Origin: Bdellovibrionales bacterium
GTDB lineage: Bacteria > Bdellovibrionota > Bdellovibrionia > Bdellovibrionales > UBA1609
Direction: 5' to 3'
Length of the DNA: 64,000 nucleotides
Assembly (NCBI GenBank): GCA_027317865.1
Contig: DAHVQG010000001.1
Location: 96,001 to 160,000 of the forward strand
Shown here: piece after piece, positions 19,033-28,588 of the stretch
Layout of the letters: every line of letters starts with the position of its first letter
Numbering within the stretch: the stretch's first letter is position 1
Program-made: the position numbers and the translations under genes
The notes under the pieces: generated by a model
What the model saw: the letters and a program-made list of their open reading frames with translations, nothing else
What the model was told of the DNA's origin: nothing
The model's database searches: none

Positions 19033-21069
19033 CTAAATCGACTGCAATTTGGGGAGACTGGCGCGTACATTTGGCGGCAATTTGCTGTACGGATTTTTCA
19101 AACTATACTTAAAAGCTTTGGTTTGCGCGGGGGCGATATGAAGGTTGTATTTGCCAGGGTGCTGGCCAATGGCTCGAAGGGCGAGAAATTCCGACGCGTA
19201 GGCGATGCTGGGGCAATATTTTTTTGTCCGAATTCGGTAGCGTAAAATTTCTCCCAACGAAGTATCGATATTTTGGTAGGGATCTACAGATCCCTGCGCT
19301 TTGTTCACCGTGCCGCCCCCGGCATTATATGCCATGATGGCGAGAGCGGGATCGCGCAACTTATATTGTTTAATTAGGAACTTTATATAATAGCTTGCCA
19401 TGGCTGTCGAATTGAGAAGATACGTGCGATCGTCGCGCGGACTTGGTTTGCGAACGCCGTGGTAATAGACGGCGTTTAGAAATTTGAATCCGCCAAATGC
19501 GCCGTCGAGATCAATTGCGGCCTGTTTTGAGGCATCTTCTGCTGCGCCATTTTCGATTTGCCATGGGCCCGTGGCACTCGACCAATTATTGATAAACGAA
19601 CCTTTGTATTGCGGATTTGATCCGTAGCTGCCTTCGAGTGCAAGCAAGTAGCCGATGTCTGGGCTGACTCCCACGGCATTTGTCACGGCCTCAATATAGT
19701 GGACTATAACGGGCGCGTACGTCATGAAATCGAGAAGTTTTTGAAAACCTCCGTCAGGTTGGCACGATGGCATTTGACCGTGACCAAGCCATGCGGCCAT
19801 AACACGCCGGACATACCAGTTGCTCTGATATCGTGCAAAACCTAACGTCATTTGATACCCGTTCGGATTTTGTTGAGGGTCGGGCGTTAAAAAAAGACCG
19901 TCGCGAGATAATTGAGGCGCTGAATTCCCGGAAGATGCTGCCGGTGTCGATGGCGGCTGAGCTGCACCCGAATTATTGGGATTTGTATTGGCCGGTCCCG
20001 GCGGTGGAGTTTGTAAATGTGCGCCCGGTAAAACTTGCGATACCGCTGCCGAAGTTTCGGGATGCTTCGGCTCGTTGATATAGATGAACAACTGCTGGCT
20101 GCTTTTTGGCATAGAACAGTCGAAGATGAGAGACCCAGTTGAGGGGTCGTTACCGTACAGACTACAAGTTAAGCCTGATGCCACAGACGATTTGACCTTT
20201 GAAACTTGAGGGCTTACCTCTTGGGTGTCGAGTTCATCGGTGCTGACTGCGAGCACGTTTTCTTTTGTCGGGTTTTGAATTTCAATATCCGAATAAGAAA
20301 TTCCTGGATAAACGGTAACTGAAACGCGCGTCGCTGTGAGCCGTTTTGACTGCGAATCTAAATTGTTCATAGCGGCGCTACTGTAAGATTTAACTTCGGG
20401 ATCTTTTCTGAAAAGTACTGATGGTGTCGACGTTCGATAAATAATCCCCGCTTTTGTTGTCGCATTTTTTGCCAGCACCATCACAATTTCAGAACAGCTT
20501 AAAGTCGAACATGCTAAATTCAGCGACATGGGATTCGTCGCGGTTTTTGACTGTACGACGTCGAGCGCGACAAGCTGCCGCCCACTTTTTGTAAGCTGAG
20601 TTTGAAACTGAGCAGGGGCAGATACGCCCTTTAGGGTGATGCTCACATATGCATACGACGGCAGTTGATTATTTTTAACAACGATTTTTTTTGACGAATC
20701 GAGCAGCGTGACGTCGACTTTCTTGATCATTTCGCCAAATTGTTCACTGGCGGTTTCGCCAAGCGCGCTTTTAAGGTTATCGAGTGTCGATACGTTACCG
20801 GCTGTTACGTACGGAACGGCAATCGGATTAGCATTGCCTCCGTTCGATATCTCTCGCGATATACCTGTTTCGTAGTTGGGGCTTTCATTTTCAAGCGCCG
20901 GATACTCCGACTGAGAGATCGCTTTTAGCACTTCTTGATTGCTCATCATGCGCCGTTGTGCAATGGGCTGAAATCCTGGCCCGCAGCCTGAAAGTAGCAG
21001 CAAGGCAAACGACGTTGCCAAAACGCTTGCAAGTGGGCAAAAGAAAAGGGAATTGTTTGGACGGTCCAC
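19033..21069 (-). CDS. Lipoprotein with C-terminal SLT lytic transglycosylase domain
   Basis: Lipobox LSGC; LALEGS (catalytic Glu), ATGPWQI, AIMAYNAG; Pro/Asn/Ser linker. Confidence 0.85.
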   Translation of the reverse strand: MDRPNNSLFFCPLASVLATSFALLLLSGCGPGFQPIAQRRMMSNQEVLKAISQSEYPALENESPNYETGISREISNGGNANPIAVPYVTAGNVSTLDNLKSALGETASEQFGEMIKKVDVTLLDSSKKIVVKNNQLPSYAYVSITLKGVSAPAQFQTQLTKSGRQLVALDVVQSKTATNPMSLNLACSTLSCSEIVMVLAKNATTKAGIIYRTSTPSVLFRKDPEVKSYSSAAMNNLDSQSKRLTATRVSVTVYPGISYSDIEIQNPTKENVLAVSTDELDTQEVSPQVSKVKSSVASGLTCSLYGNDPSTGSLIFDCSMPKSSQQLFIYINEPKHPETSAAVSQVLPGAHLQTPPPGPANTNPNNSGAAQPPSTPAASSGNSAPQLSRDGLFLTPDPQQNPNGYQMTLGFARYQSNWYVRRVMAAWLGHGQMPSCQPDGGFQKLLDFMTYAPVIVHYIEAVTNAVGVSPDIGYLLALEGSYGSNPQYKGSFINNWSSATGPWQIENGAAEDASKQAAIDLDGAFGGFKFLNAVYYHGVRKPSPRDDRTYLLNSTAMASYYIKFLIKQYKLRDPALAIMAYNAGGGTVNKAQGSVDPYQNIDTSLGEILRYRIRTKKYCPSIAYASEFLALRAIGQHPGKYNLHIAPAQTKAFKYSLKNPYSKLPPNVRASLPKLQSI

Positions 21070-21082
21070 GTGGGTCTAAACT

Positions 21083-21098
21083 AGCAAAACAAGGGCCA
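21083..21098 (-). promoter_or_regulatory. Sigma-54 promoter for the transglycosylase (nearly leaderless transcript)
   Basis: Minus strand TGGCCCTTGTTTTGCT. Confidence 0.7.
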
Positions 21099-21251
21099 GA
21101 AACGGCCGTACTGTTACCTCCTTAAACAATAGCACCCCATAATTATTCGAGATGGGTCGACCATTTTTGTCGTACCAGGCGTTTTTTGTCACTCGGCGCT
21201 CGAAGTCGTGAGGGTGCCTTTCGAAAAATTTCATGTTAGCCTTCTTTGACT

Positions 21252-22379
21252 ATGAAATCGACACCTTTAAAAGCTGAACATGAAGCGGCTCACGCGAAAA
21301 TGGTGGAGTTTGCCGGTTGGTACATGCCGGTTGAATATTTGTCGGCTGAAACGGGTTCCGCAGGCGGGATTCGATCCGAACATATGCACGTGCGCGAAAA
21401 AGTCGGCCTTTTTGATGTTTCGCATATGGGCGAAATTCGCGTGCGCGGTGAACGCGCCCTTGAAACTTTGCAGTGGCTCACAACCAACGACGTGACGAAA
21501 TTATCGAATGGCTGCGCGCAGTACTCGCTGCTCCCGAATGAAAAAGGCGGCGTTGTCGACGACATTATTGTTTATTGCGTTGAAAGCGGTCGCGATTATC
21601 TAGTTTGTGTCAATGCGGCGAACGCCGAAAAAGATTGGGCATGGTTTCAATCTCACAATCGTGGAGCGGACCTTAAAAACGAAAGCGCCGACTGGGGCCA
21701 AGTTGCCGTGCAGGGGCCGCGCGCAGTTGAACTTGTAAATCGCATTTTTACGGGAGTCGCCGCGGTGGCGCCTTTTCATTTTATGCCCGTGCATTTTGAT
21801 AGGGCGCTTTGTTTTGCCGCTCGCACGGGTTATACCGGCGAAGATGGTTTTGAGATTTTTGTTCCCTCAGCTCAGGTGACGAAGTTGTGGCGTGAGTTGT
21901 TATCGCGCGGAAGCGATCTCGAAGCCCGCCCGATTGGCCTTGGCGCACGCGATACGCTTCGCACGGAAATGAAATACAGTCTGTATGGACATGAAATTGA
22001 CGACACGACAAACCCGTACGCGGCGGGGCTTGGCTGGGTGGTTAAACCGGATGCCAAAGACTTTATCGGCAAAGACGTGATGTTGGCGCAGAAGGCGGCC
22101 GGGCTTAAAGAAAAACTAGTTGGTTTTTGTATGGTTGATAAAGGTATCCCGCGAAACGGATATCGCGTGCTAGGCATTGACAATCGCGAGATTGGCCGAG
22201 TAACAAGTGGCACGGTTTCGCCGACGCTCAATAAGAGCATCGGCATAGCCTACGTGCACAGCGATTTTTCACCCGTCGGATCTGAAATTCTAATCGATAT
22301 TCGGGGCCGTGGAGCAAAAGCGCGAGTGACCGCGACACCTTTTGTGCAGACAGCTTTAACGAAGAAAAAGGAGAATTAG
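21252..22379 (+). CDS. gcvT: Glycine cleavage aminomethyltransferase
   Basis: FAGWYMPV, FDVSHMGE, RTGYTGEDGFE and GLGARDTLRTE. Confidence 0.97.
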   Translation: MKSTPLKAEHEAAHAKMVEFAGWYMPVEYLSAETGSAGGIRSEHMHVREKVGLFDVSHMGEIRVRGERALETLQWLTTNDVTKLSNGCAQYSLLPNEKGGVVDDIIVYCVESGRDYLVCVNAANAEKDWAWFQSHNRGADLKNESADWGQVAVQGPRAVELVNRIFTGVAAVAPFHFMPVHFDRALCFAARTGYTGEDGFEIFVPSAQVTKLWRELLSRGSDLEARPIGLGARDTLRTEMKYSLYGHEIDDTTNPYAAGLGWVVKPDAKDFIGKDVMLAQKAAGLKEKLVGFCMVDKGIPRNGYRVLGIDNREIGRVTSGTVSPTLNKSIGIAYVHSDFSPVGSEILIDIRGRGAKARVTATPFVQTALTKKKEN

Positions 22380-22382
22380 AAA

Positions 22383-22775
22383 ATGGCGAACTTTACTGTC
22401 CCTGAAGAGAATTATTATACTAAAGATCACGAGTGGGCGTCGGTTGACGAAAATATGTGCACGGTTGGCGTGACCGAATACGCTCAAGATTCGCTCGGCG
22501 AAGTGGTTTACGTAGAACTTCCAGAGACGGGACAAAAAGTGACACAAGGTGAACCCTTTGGCGTGGTTGAAAGCGTGAAGGCCGTCAGCGATCTCGTGTC
22601 GCCGGTTTCGGGTACAGTGGTCGAAGTAAACGACAGCGTGATGGAGAACCCCGGTATTATTAACGACGATGCGATGAACGACGGTTGGCTTGTGCGCATT
22701 GAAATGGATTCCGAAAAGGAACTCGCCAATCTTATGCGCGCGCCTGATTATCGTAAAATGATTGGGAACAAATAA
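22383..22775 (+). CDS. gcvH: Glycine cleavage H protein
   Basis: YTKDHEW and VESVKA lipoyl-Lys motif. Confidence 0.97.
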   Translation: MANFTVPEENYYTKDHEWASVDENMCTVGVTEYAQDSLGEVVYVELPETGQKVTQGEPFGVVESVKAVSDLVSPVSGTVVEVNDSVMENPGIINDDAMNDGWLVRIEMDSEKELANLMRAPDYRKMIGNK

Positions 22776-22835
22776 CGCTTTTTTTGCCGACGCGTTTAGG
22801 TTCGCGGTCTTAAACAAAATTGAACTAAAAATTGG

Positions 22836-22920
22836 GCCCGGGTGGTGGAATTGGCAGACACGCTAGACTTAGGATCTAGTGCCGAAAGGCTTGCAGGTTC
22901 AAGTCCTGTCCCGGGTACCA
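22836..22920 (+). tRNA. tRNA-Leu(TAG)
   Basis: Acceptor GCCCGGG/CCCGGGT-ACCA, anticodon arm CTAGA-CTTAGGA-TCTAG, long variable arm, GTTCAA T-loop. Confidence 0.97.
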
Positions 22921-23053
22921 TATCTCACATTACAAGAACCTCTATTCAAAATTTAAGCAATTCGGCGCACGTTGAGTCTAATAGGCGCCTCCCGGCTGTC
23001 GAAATTCCTGACAGTTTCGGCAATTTGATTTAACTGGTATATTAATCGCGCAA

Positions 23054-24037
23054 ATGAAGACATCTCTGCTCATCGTTTTACTGTTATGTGCGCAAATATG
23101 CCGGGCAACGATTCCGCATGCGGATCAAACTGCGAATGCTGCCAACGGTTGTGACAAGATTTTAAGCGAAAATGCGAGGGAGATTTGGACGCTACCCAAC
23201 GCTTTCGACGAAACAGTACGAAAGGTTGGCGTGATCGTATCGACGCCAGATGCGTCAACTTTTGTGATAGATCAAAACGCACCCGGATTCTATCGTGGGA
23301 GCATCCGGCGCATTCTTAAGAAATTTCCTTTCACCATGGCCAAGCTGGGATTTGAACGGGTTGGATCGGATTCAATTCGCGTTCTTAGCGATAAACAAAT
23401 AAATGAAAATATAAATCATTTTTCACATAAAAACTTACTTTCGGGTTTGCATGTTGTTTCGGTTGTTGGCGGAGAAATCCCCGGGGTACTCTATGCGCGG
23501 TACATCGCACGGGGGCTTTTTCCGATTGCTACGAATTTTGATACGAGAACTCATGACATATCCGTGCATTTAATTGGAGCGTTGCTGATGCCGAGAAATA
23601 TTACCGAGGATATTCAATCCCGGTTTGCTTTTTTATTGCGCCTCTTGGACGACCCAGTTTTGTCGAAGTCCAAAATTTTTCGGGATCGAGTTACAAAATT
23701 AATAAATCACGAAGTTGATTTTTACGATAGCTTTACGTCTGATTTTGCCGCGTTTTTGGTTGAGTCGCCGGCCGAACTGAACCTTCGAAAGGCAATCGGG
23801 ATTTATAACGAATTTCAAATTGCGAACTTAAAGTCGTTGTTTAAAATGGAGCCACATACCATTAGGTCTCTTGTACAACGGCAAGAAACCTGGTCATGGG
23901 GGAGTGAGTTAAGTTGGCGGCAACGGAGACGGCTTAACGCGATACTCGAAACTTCGCTTGTCGCGAAACTAAACATGAAAACTGTTTTTGATGAACTTGA
24001 ACAGAGAAGCGAAGTGGTATCGAAATTGTTTAATTAA
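23054..24037 (+). CDS. Secreted hypothetical protein with HDxxxH motif
   Basis: Signal peptide, CDKIL motif, FPIA…THDISVH. Confidence 0.75.
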   Translation: MKTSLLIVLLLCAQICRATIPHADQTANAANGCDKILSENAREIWTLPNAFDETVRKVGVIVSTPDASTFVIDQNAPGFYRGSIRRILKKFPFTMAKLGFERVGSDSIRVLSDKQINENINHFSHKNLLSGLHVVSVVGGEIPGVLYARYIARGLFPIATNFDTRTHDISVHLIGALLMPRNITEDIQSRFAFLLRLLDDPVLSKSKIFRDRVTKLINHEVDFYDSFTSDFAAFLVESPAELNLRKAIGIYNEFQIANLKSLFKMEPHTIRSLVQRQETWSWGSELSWRQRRRLNAILETSLVAKLNMKTVFDELEQRSEVVSKLFN

Positions 24038-24047
24038 AGAGTCGGCG

Positions 24048-25589
24048 TTAAAGCCCTTGCGCCTCGGCTACATTTTCAATCGAAAGCACTTCTCGAAACG
24101 GAAACCTGGCTGGCAGAGCAGGGTGATTTTTCGTATGAGAAAAGAGAGGCCGATCAGGTTCGGTCAATTCGAGGTTTCGCGCGTAGGCGTACCACTCCCT
24201 TAGATACTGTCTGAGTTTAATTATTTGTTCGTTATTCAGACTCTTCAGTGACTCAATAATTTGCCGAAGTTTAGGGTTATTGCCTGCGTCTATTTTTTTA
24301 AACCGTAAAACGTCGTAATAAATATGTTCGGCATTGGCGAGTTCATCGACTTTTTCGCCTCGAATCTGTAGCTCAACGGGAATGCCGCGATTAACCGCGC
24401 CGTCTGATTTCACAACCCCGTGCGGAAAAATCAAAAATTTAAGATTCAAACTTGTGTATCCCGACGGTTGAGGTTTTTCTTTTATGTGCACCTGGCCGCT
24501 GATCACGCCGCCAGTGCGATTAGCAGCTTGCTTTGCCGCCTGAATTGCCGCGAGTTTAAGTTCACTAAATTGTTCAGAAGTTAAATATGAAGCCAAATTC
24601 TCGTCGTGATAATTGTGAATCTCGGTTATTAGTGCGGAACCATCATTAAGTGCCGCCAAAATATGCGAAAAAGTGTCATCCATAATTTGCGGACTGTTTA
24701 AAACGAGACGAACGCCGATTCCGTCACCAATTGCGCGCTTCGAGGTCTCTAAATCCGGCACATCTAAATTTTCATTGAGTGCTCGCCGGCCAAGTTTAGC
24801 TTTGATACTTGCTTCACCCTTTGCGCGGGCCGCAACTGAGGTATGGGGCTGAGTCCCGATGCCGGCAGTAGGTTCAGTTTTAACCTGAAATTCAAATTCG
24901 CCGGAATTGGCTGACAGGATCTTTTCAATGTAGCTCACAGCTAAAGGTAGATCTTCGCGAAATTTCGGGGCAAGCGCGCTTGCGTGCTGTGATAGTTGAT
25001 CGGTAATTGTAGCCGTGCGCATGAGAAGTCCAAACGACAAACCTTTCGGCATACCCGGAAACTGCTCCTTCGAAAAACGCTCTTCTGCTACAGTGGAAAT
25101 CGGATGGACGTCGATATCGAGCGCCCGGTGGAGTGCAACTAAAACATCCCGACATTCCGGAGTTGATCGGCATTCGGGAGTCGAATAAAAAGAAACATTC
25201 TCGAGCGGGATCGACCTCGCCGCTAGATTTGAAAGCGCGATTTTGAGTTGACTCGCAATACTTGGGGATTCGTCAAAATCCGGATCATTTGCTTCAGATA
25301 GGTCGGCACGAATGAGCTCGCCGTATTGATCGCTCACTTTTTTCAGCGCCAGCACATGAATTATTTGCGGCTCGACAACTACAACGCCGACCGACTGTTG
25401 AGGTGTTGAAAATTGCGCGCTTTCACTGTTGGCAACAACCGCAGAGTCAGCGGCAAATTCAAGAATTGAATTGCACTCTAGAGATTCAGCGGTCGCCATC
25501 GGGTTGGCAAATATCAACAGAGTCGCAAAGCCGAGCGACGCAGCCAAAAAGCTCTTTTTTATGCAGTTTTTATATCGGACACTATTCAT
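24048..25589 (-). CDS. Signal-peptide protein with a RelA/SpoT (alarmone synthetase) domain
   Basis: RAKGEASIKAKL, DGIGVRLV, SGYTSLN, ELQIRG and ANAEHIYY match synthetase motifs Syn1-5 in order. Confidence 0.82.
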   Translation of the reverse strand: MNSVRYKNCIKKSFLAASLGFATLLIFANPMATAESLECNSILEFAADSAVVANSESAQFSTPQQSVGVVVVEPQIIHVLALKKVSDQYGELIRADLSEANDPDFDESPSIASQLKIALSNLAARSIPLENVSFYSTPECRSTPECRDVLVALHRALDIDVHPISTVAEERFSKEQFPGMPKGLSFGLLMRTATITDQLSQHASALAPKFREDLPLAVSYIEKILSANSGEFEFQVKTEPTAGIGTQPHTSVAARAKGEASIKAKLGRRALNENLDVPDLETSKRAIGDGIGVRLVLNSPQIMDDTFSHILAALNDGSALITEIHNYHDENLASYLTSEQFSELKLAAIQAAKQAANRTGGVISGQVHIKEKPQPSGYTSLNLKFLIFPHGVVKSDGAVNRGIPVELQIRGEKVDELANAEHIYYDVLRFKKIDAGNNPKLRQIIESLKSLNNEQIIKLRQYLREWYAYARNLELTEPDRPLFSHTKNHPALPARFPFREVLSIENVAEAQGL

Positions 25590-25635
25590 TCGCTATTCCG
25601 GCAAGAATTTAAATTCTCGTTCAAAAATCTTGAAG

Positions 25636-25651
25636 TGCAGGCAACGTGCCA
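25636..25651 (-). promoter_or_regulatory. Sigma-54 promoter for the secreted synthetase gene
   Basis: Minus strand TGGCACGTTGCCTGCA, with a perfect TGGCACG -24 element. Confidence 0.75.
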
Positions 25652-25875
25652 AAAGACTGTGCGAATTTATATAATTTAATTGTCAAACCATTAGACAACG
25701 AGACGAAAAACGTCAATTCAAGTGGGTGCAACATTCGACATACATTGTGAATTCTTCAAGGTAATTGCTGCCGATTTCGGTTTAAGAGACAAATTGTATT
25801 ATGGCATTTATAAGAATTAAGCATGATGCGCTTTGGCGCCGTTGACATAGTTCGCGATTGATGAAGAATTAAATT

Positions 25876-26787
25876 ATGGCGTCGCGCGCTTTATTTCTAT
25901 TTCTCTTTATTTTTGTTTTTGCCGGTTGCGCATCGCCGTCGGCACATACTCGAAAATCCGGTCGAAACTTGCGTTCAAAGAACCCGACCTTATTTGTGCA
26001 GGTCGACGGTCACAAATCGAGTTGGACCAGGTCGGAACTTTTGCATCTACCGGGCGTCGAAAGGGTGAAATTGCCTAAGGACCCGACCTACGGGGCGCGC
26101 GTGAAATCATTTGTTGCCATTCGCGCGGCAAATTTAATTAAAAAAGTTGTCGCAGCAAAGACGCTTGCGCAACTAGTTCGTGATAACGCGCAACTTGAGT
26201 TTAAATGCCTCGACGGTTTTTCTGCCAATTTATCTTTGAAGCGCATTTTGAATGAAAATCAACGGCGCGCGATTGCGTACATCGCCATCGAACTGCCAAA
26301 TAAAAAATGGCCAAAACTGAAGACGGGCCGGACAGCGGGTCCATATTATTTGATCTGGCAGCACGCGGATCGATCGCACATCGGCCCCGAGGAGTGGCCC
26401 TATCAGCTCCGAGGCTTTGTCGTAAAAACGCCGGTGAATTTGCGCTTTCCGAAAATTGTGCCGGGTACCAAAAACAAAAAAGTGCTGGTTGGCTTTCGCT
26501 TGTTCAAACAAAATTGCTTTATGTGCCACACAATGAATGGCGAAGGTGAATCACGTTTGGGGCCCGATCTAAATTTGCCGCTTAATCCGACTCAGTATTT
26601 TCGTGCCGGAATGATTCGGCGGCTTATTCGAGATCCGCAAAATTTGCGTCACTGGCCTGAATCAAAGATGTCGTCGTTCCCACCGAGTGTTTTGAGCGAT
26701 GAACAAATCACCGACATTATTGATTATTTGCGGTTTATGGCGCGACACAAGAGCAATTGGCCCGTGAGGGGCCATAAATCGAAATAA
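25876..26787 (+). CDS. Monoheme cytochrome c lipoprotein
   Basis: Lipobox FAGC; CFMCH heme motif, GPDL, distal Met (SKM). Confidence 0.85.
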   Translation: MASRALFLFLFIFVFAGCASPSAHTRKSGRNLRSKNPTLFVQVDGHKSSWTRSELLHLPGVERVKLPKDPTYGARVKSFVAIRAANLIKKVVAAKTLAQLVRDNAQLEFKCLDGFSANLSLKRILNENQRRAIAYIAIELPNKKWPKLKTGRTAGPYYLIWQHADRSHIGPEEWPYQLRGFVVKTPVNLRFPKIVPGTKNKKVLVGFRLFKQNCFMCHTMNGEGESRLGPDLNLPLNPTQYFRAGMIRRLIRDPQNLRHWPESKMSSFPPSVLSDEQITDIIDYLRFMARHKSNWPVRGHKSK

Positions 26788-26788
26788 T

Positions 26789-28588
26789 TTATCGGTTGAG
26801 AATTGTCGCACAGGCGACAGGTGTTGCCGGCCATTGGGCCCACGAGGTTTTGGTGTGGCCATTGGCGAGTTCTTCTTTTTCTAAAGCGAGTCTATGGCGG
26901 ATCTCTTGGAGAACGGTAACAGCCTGATGGCGGTCTTGTATGGAGTGGTAAAGTTCGGCCAGACTCCAAAGTAAATTAGGCAATGCCGTTGGTGAGCCGT
27001 CGTATTTAGAATATTGTTCGTTAATTTCGAGCTTGCCTGTAAATGTTTGAGTTTTTTGGTCGAAGTTTATTCCTATGAGATTAGCCAAGTTGGTAATCGT
27101 GGTATTTCCGTTTTCGACTAATTTACTCGCAATTATCACGAATTGGTCCGATGCCGCATTAATTGTCATGCCGTCATGTAAACCAATCGAATTTGCCCCT
27201 AAAAGCCGCTGCAAAATTTCAAGGTTTTCGGGCATAACTTTTAAATGACCGATGCGGCTTGCGTCGACAACGGTTTCATAATCGTACCGTGCGGAAGCGA
27301 ATGTGGCGATGGGCCAAACATTACCTTTGAAGTATTTGTCGTTAGGATATCGGCCAAGAAAGGTTGAACCGCGACCTTGGTGATTGATCGGAAAATGTTG
27401 TTCAAATTCACCGGTTGTCGCGTTTACTTCGCCTGACGTAAACCACTGCCTGAAATCATCGACTGTTTTCATCATAAGCGGGTCAGAAGCTGTCACTTGA
27501 AAATTATGAAACTGGTGGGCCAGGTCTAATACGGCCATGTACTCAACGGCATCGAAGCCATTGCGGCCGTTGTTGTAGGGTTTACTGTCGTGGTCGAGTG
27601 TTGCGACTATTTTGCGCATTTGAACGGGCTTGAGGTCGCCATTTTGTTCTTTTACGTCGCGAAAATCTTCTATCCACGGGTCAATTTCAGAAATTGCGAC
27701 TTTCCACTCCAGCGGGATTGGCATGCCGAGTTGTTGGGCTAAATGAGCACCTCTGACGAGCGCATCGTCAATCGCAACTAAGGTGGCAAAGTGAAAACCG
27801 TACTGTTCCTCCCATATGTCGTAGCTTCGCGCATTGTATTGTGGAGCAACTTTGTAATTCTTCTTGCCATCTTGAAATGTCAGACCTTCACCGGCCAGAT
27901 AATTTAAGTCGTTTGAAATTAAGGTTTTATAGAGGTTGTACGCAGTAGTATAGTCGCCTTCAGCAATCAGCTCTTCAGCAAAAATAGATAGAGTTTTCGC
28001 GCAATAGGCGGGGCCGTCATTTTGTGGCCTACCCCAAATGTCTTTAACAAGCTTTCCGTCTATATACCTTTTTGCTTCGCCATTTCTAGGTTTGATAACT
28101 ACGACTTTGCCATCAGACCACATGGGCGCTTCGTGAGATTCTAAATCCTTAAGGAATTGACTTTCAGACCTTACATATTTGGCTAATATTTCTCGAATTT
28201 GTGCTTTGCGCTCTGGATCTTTGATATGCGGGTAGGCGCGAACGAGAACTCGAGCGATTATGGCGGCATCTCTTCGCCAAATAAATAAATTATATTGTTG
28301 TTTTTCGCCGTTGACTGGGTCGACGGCTTCACCCGTCGCCGCAGGTATTGACCCTGGGACGGCGTTGAACAGTTTTTCGGCCTCGTTGATGCTGGCAATA
28401 ATCGATTGTAAAGCCGCGTTTGCCAGTTCGTTATACTGATTTTCTGTCCAATGTTCGGATTGCAAGATATTTTGGTAAGGCGTGGGGGTAACAGTCGGCG
28501 TGTCGCTAAAGGCCATTGAAGGTCCGAATAGCAACAACGCAATTACCAACCAGTTTATCCGTCGGTTACGTAATATAATATTACGCAA
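26789..28588 (-). CDS. Secreted glucoamylase, glycoside hydrolase family 15
   Basis: WRRDAAI, WGRPQNDGPA, DIWEE (acid), INEQY (base), LLWS. Start placed at TTG 28588 after AAGGAGG; signal peptide follows. Confidence 0.9.
   Translation of the reverse strand: MRNIILRNRRINWLVIALLLFGPSMAFSDTPTVTPTPYQNILQSEHWTENQYNELANAALQSIIASINEAEKLFNAVPGSIPAATGEAVDPVNGEKQQYNLFIWRRDAAIIARVLVRAYPHIKDPERKAQIREILAKYVRSESQFLKDLESHEAPMWSDGKVVVIKPRNGEAKRYIDGKLVKDIWGRPQNDGPAYCAKTLSIFAEELIAEGDYTTAYNLYKTLISNDLNYLAGEGLTFQDGKKNYKVAPQYNARSYDIWEEQYGFHFATLVAIDDALVRGAHLAQQLGMPIPLEWKVAISEIDPWIEDFRDVKEQNGDLKPVQMRKIVATLDHDSKPYNNGRNGFDAVEYMAVLDLAHQFHNFQVTASDPLMMKTVDDFRQWFTSGEVNATTGEFEQHFPINHQGRGSTFLGRYPNDKYFKGNVWPIATFASARYDYETVVDASRIGHLKVMPENLEILQRLLGANSIGLHDGMTINAASDQFVIIASKLVENGNTTITNLANLIGINFDQKTQTFTGKLEINEQYSKYDGSPTALPNLLWSLAELYHSIQDRHQAVTVLQEIRHRLALEKEELANGHTKTSWAQWPATPVACATILNR

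Noticed and set aside
21100-21250. Glycine riboswitch before gcvT
   Set aside because: No GGAGA…CCGAAG…CTCTCAGG pattern is present.
22842-23033. 63-aa ORF (and likewise 29301-29561)
   Set aside because: Both are chance frames through tRNA genes.
23035-23050. Sigma-54-like TGGTATATTAATCGC
   Set aside because: The GC is only 4 nt before the ATG, so the start site would fall inside the CDS; the -12 match is also weak.
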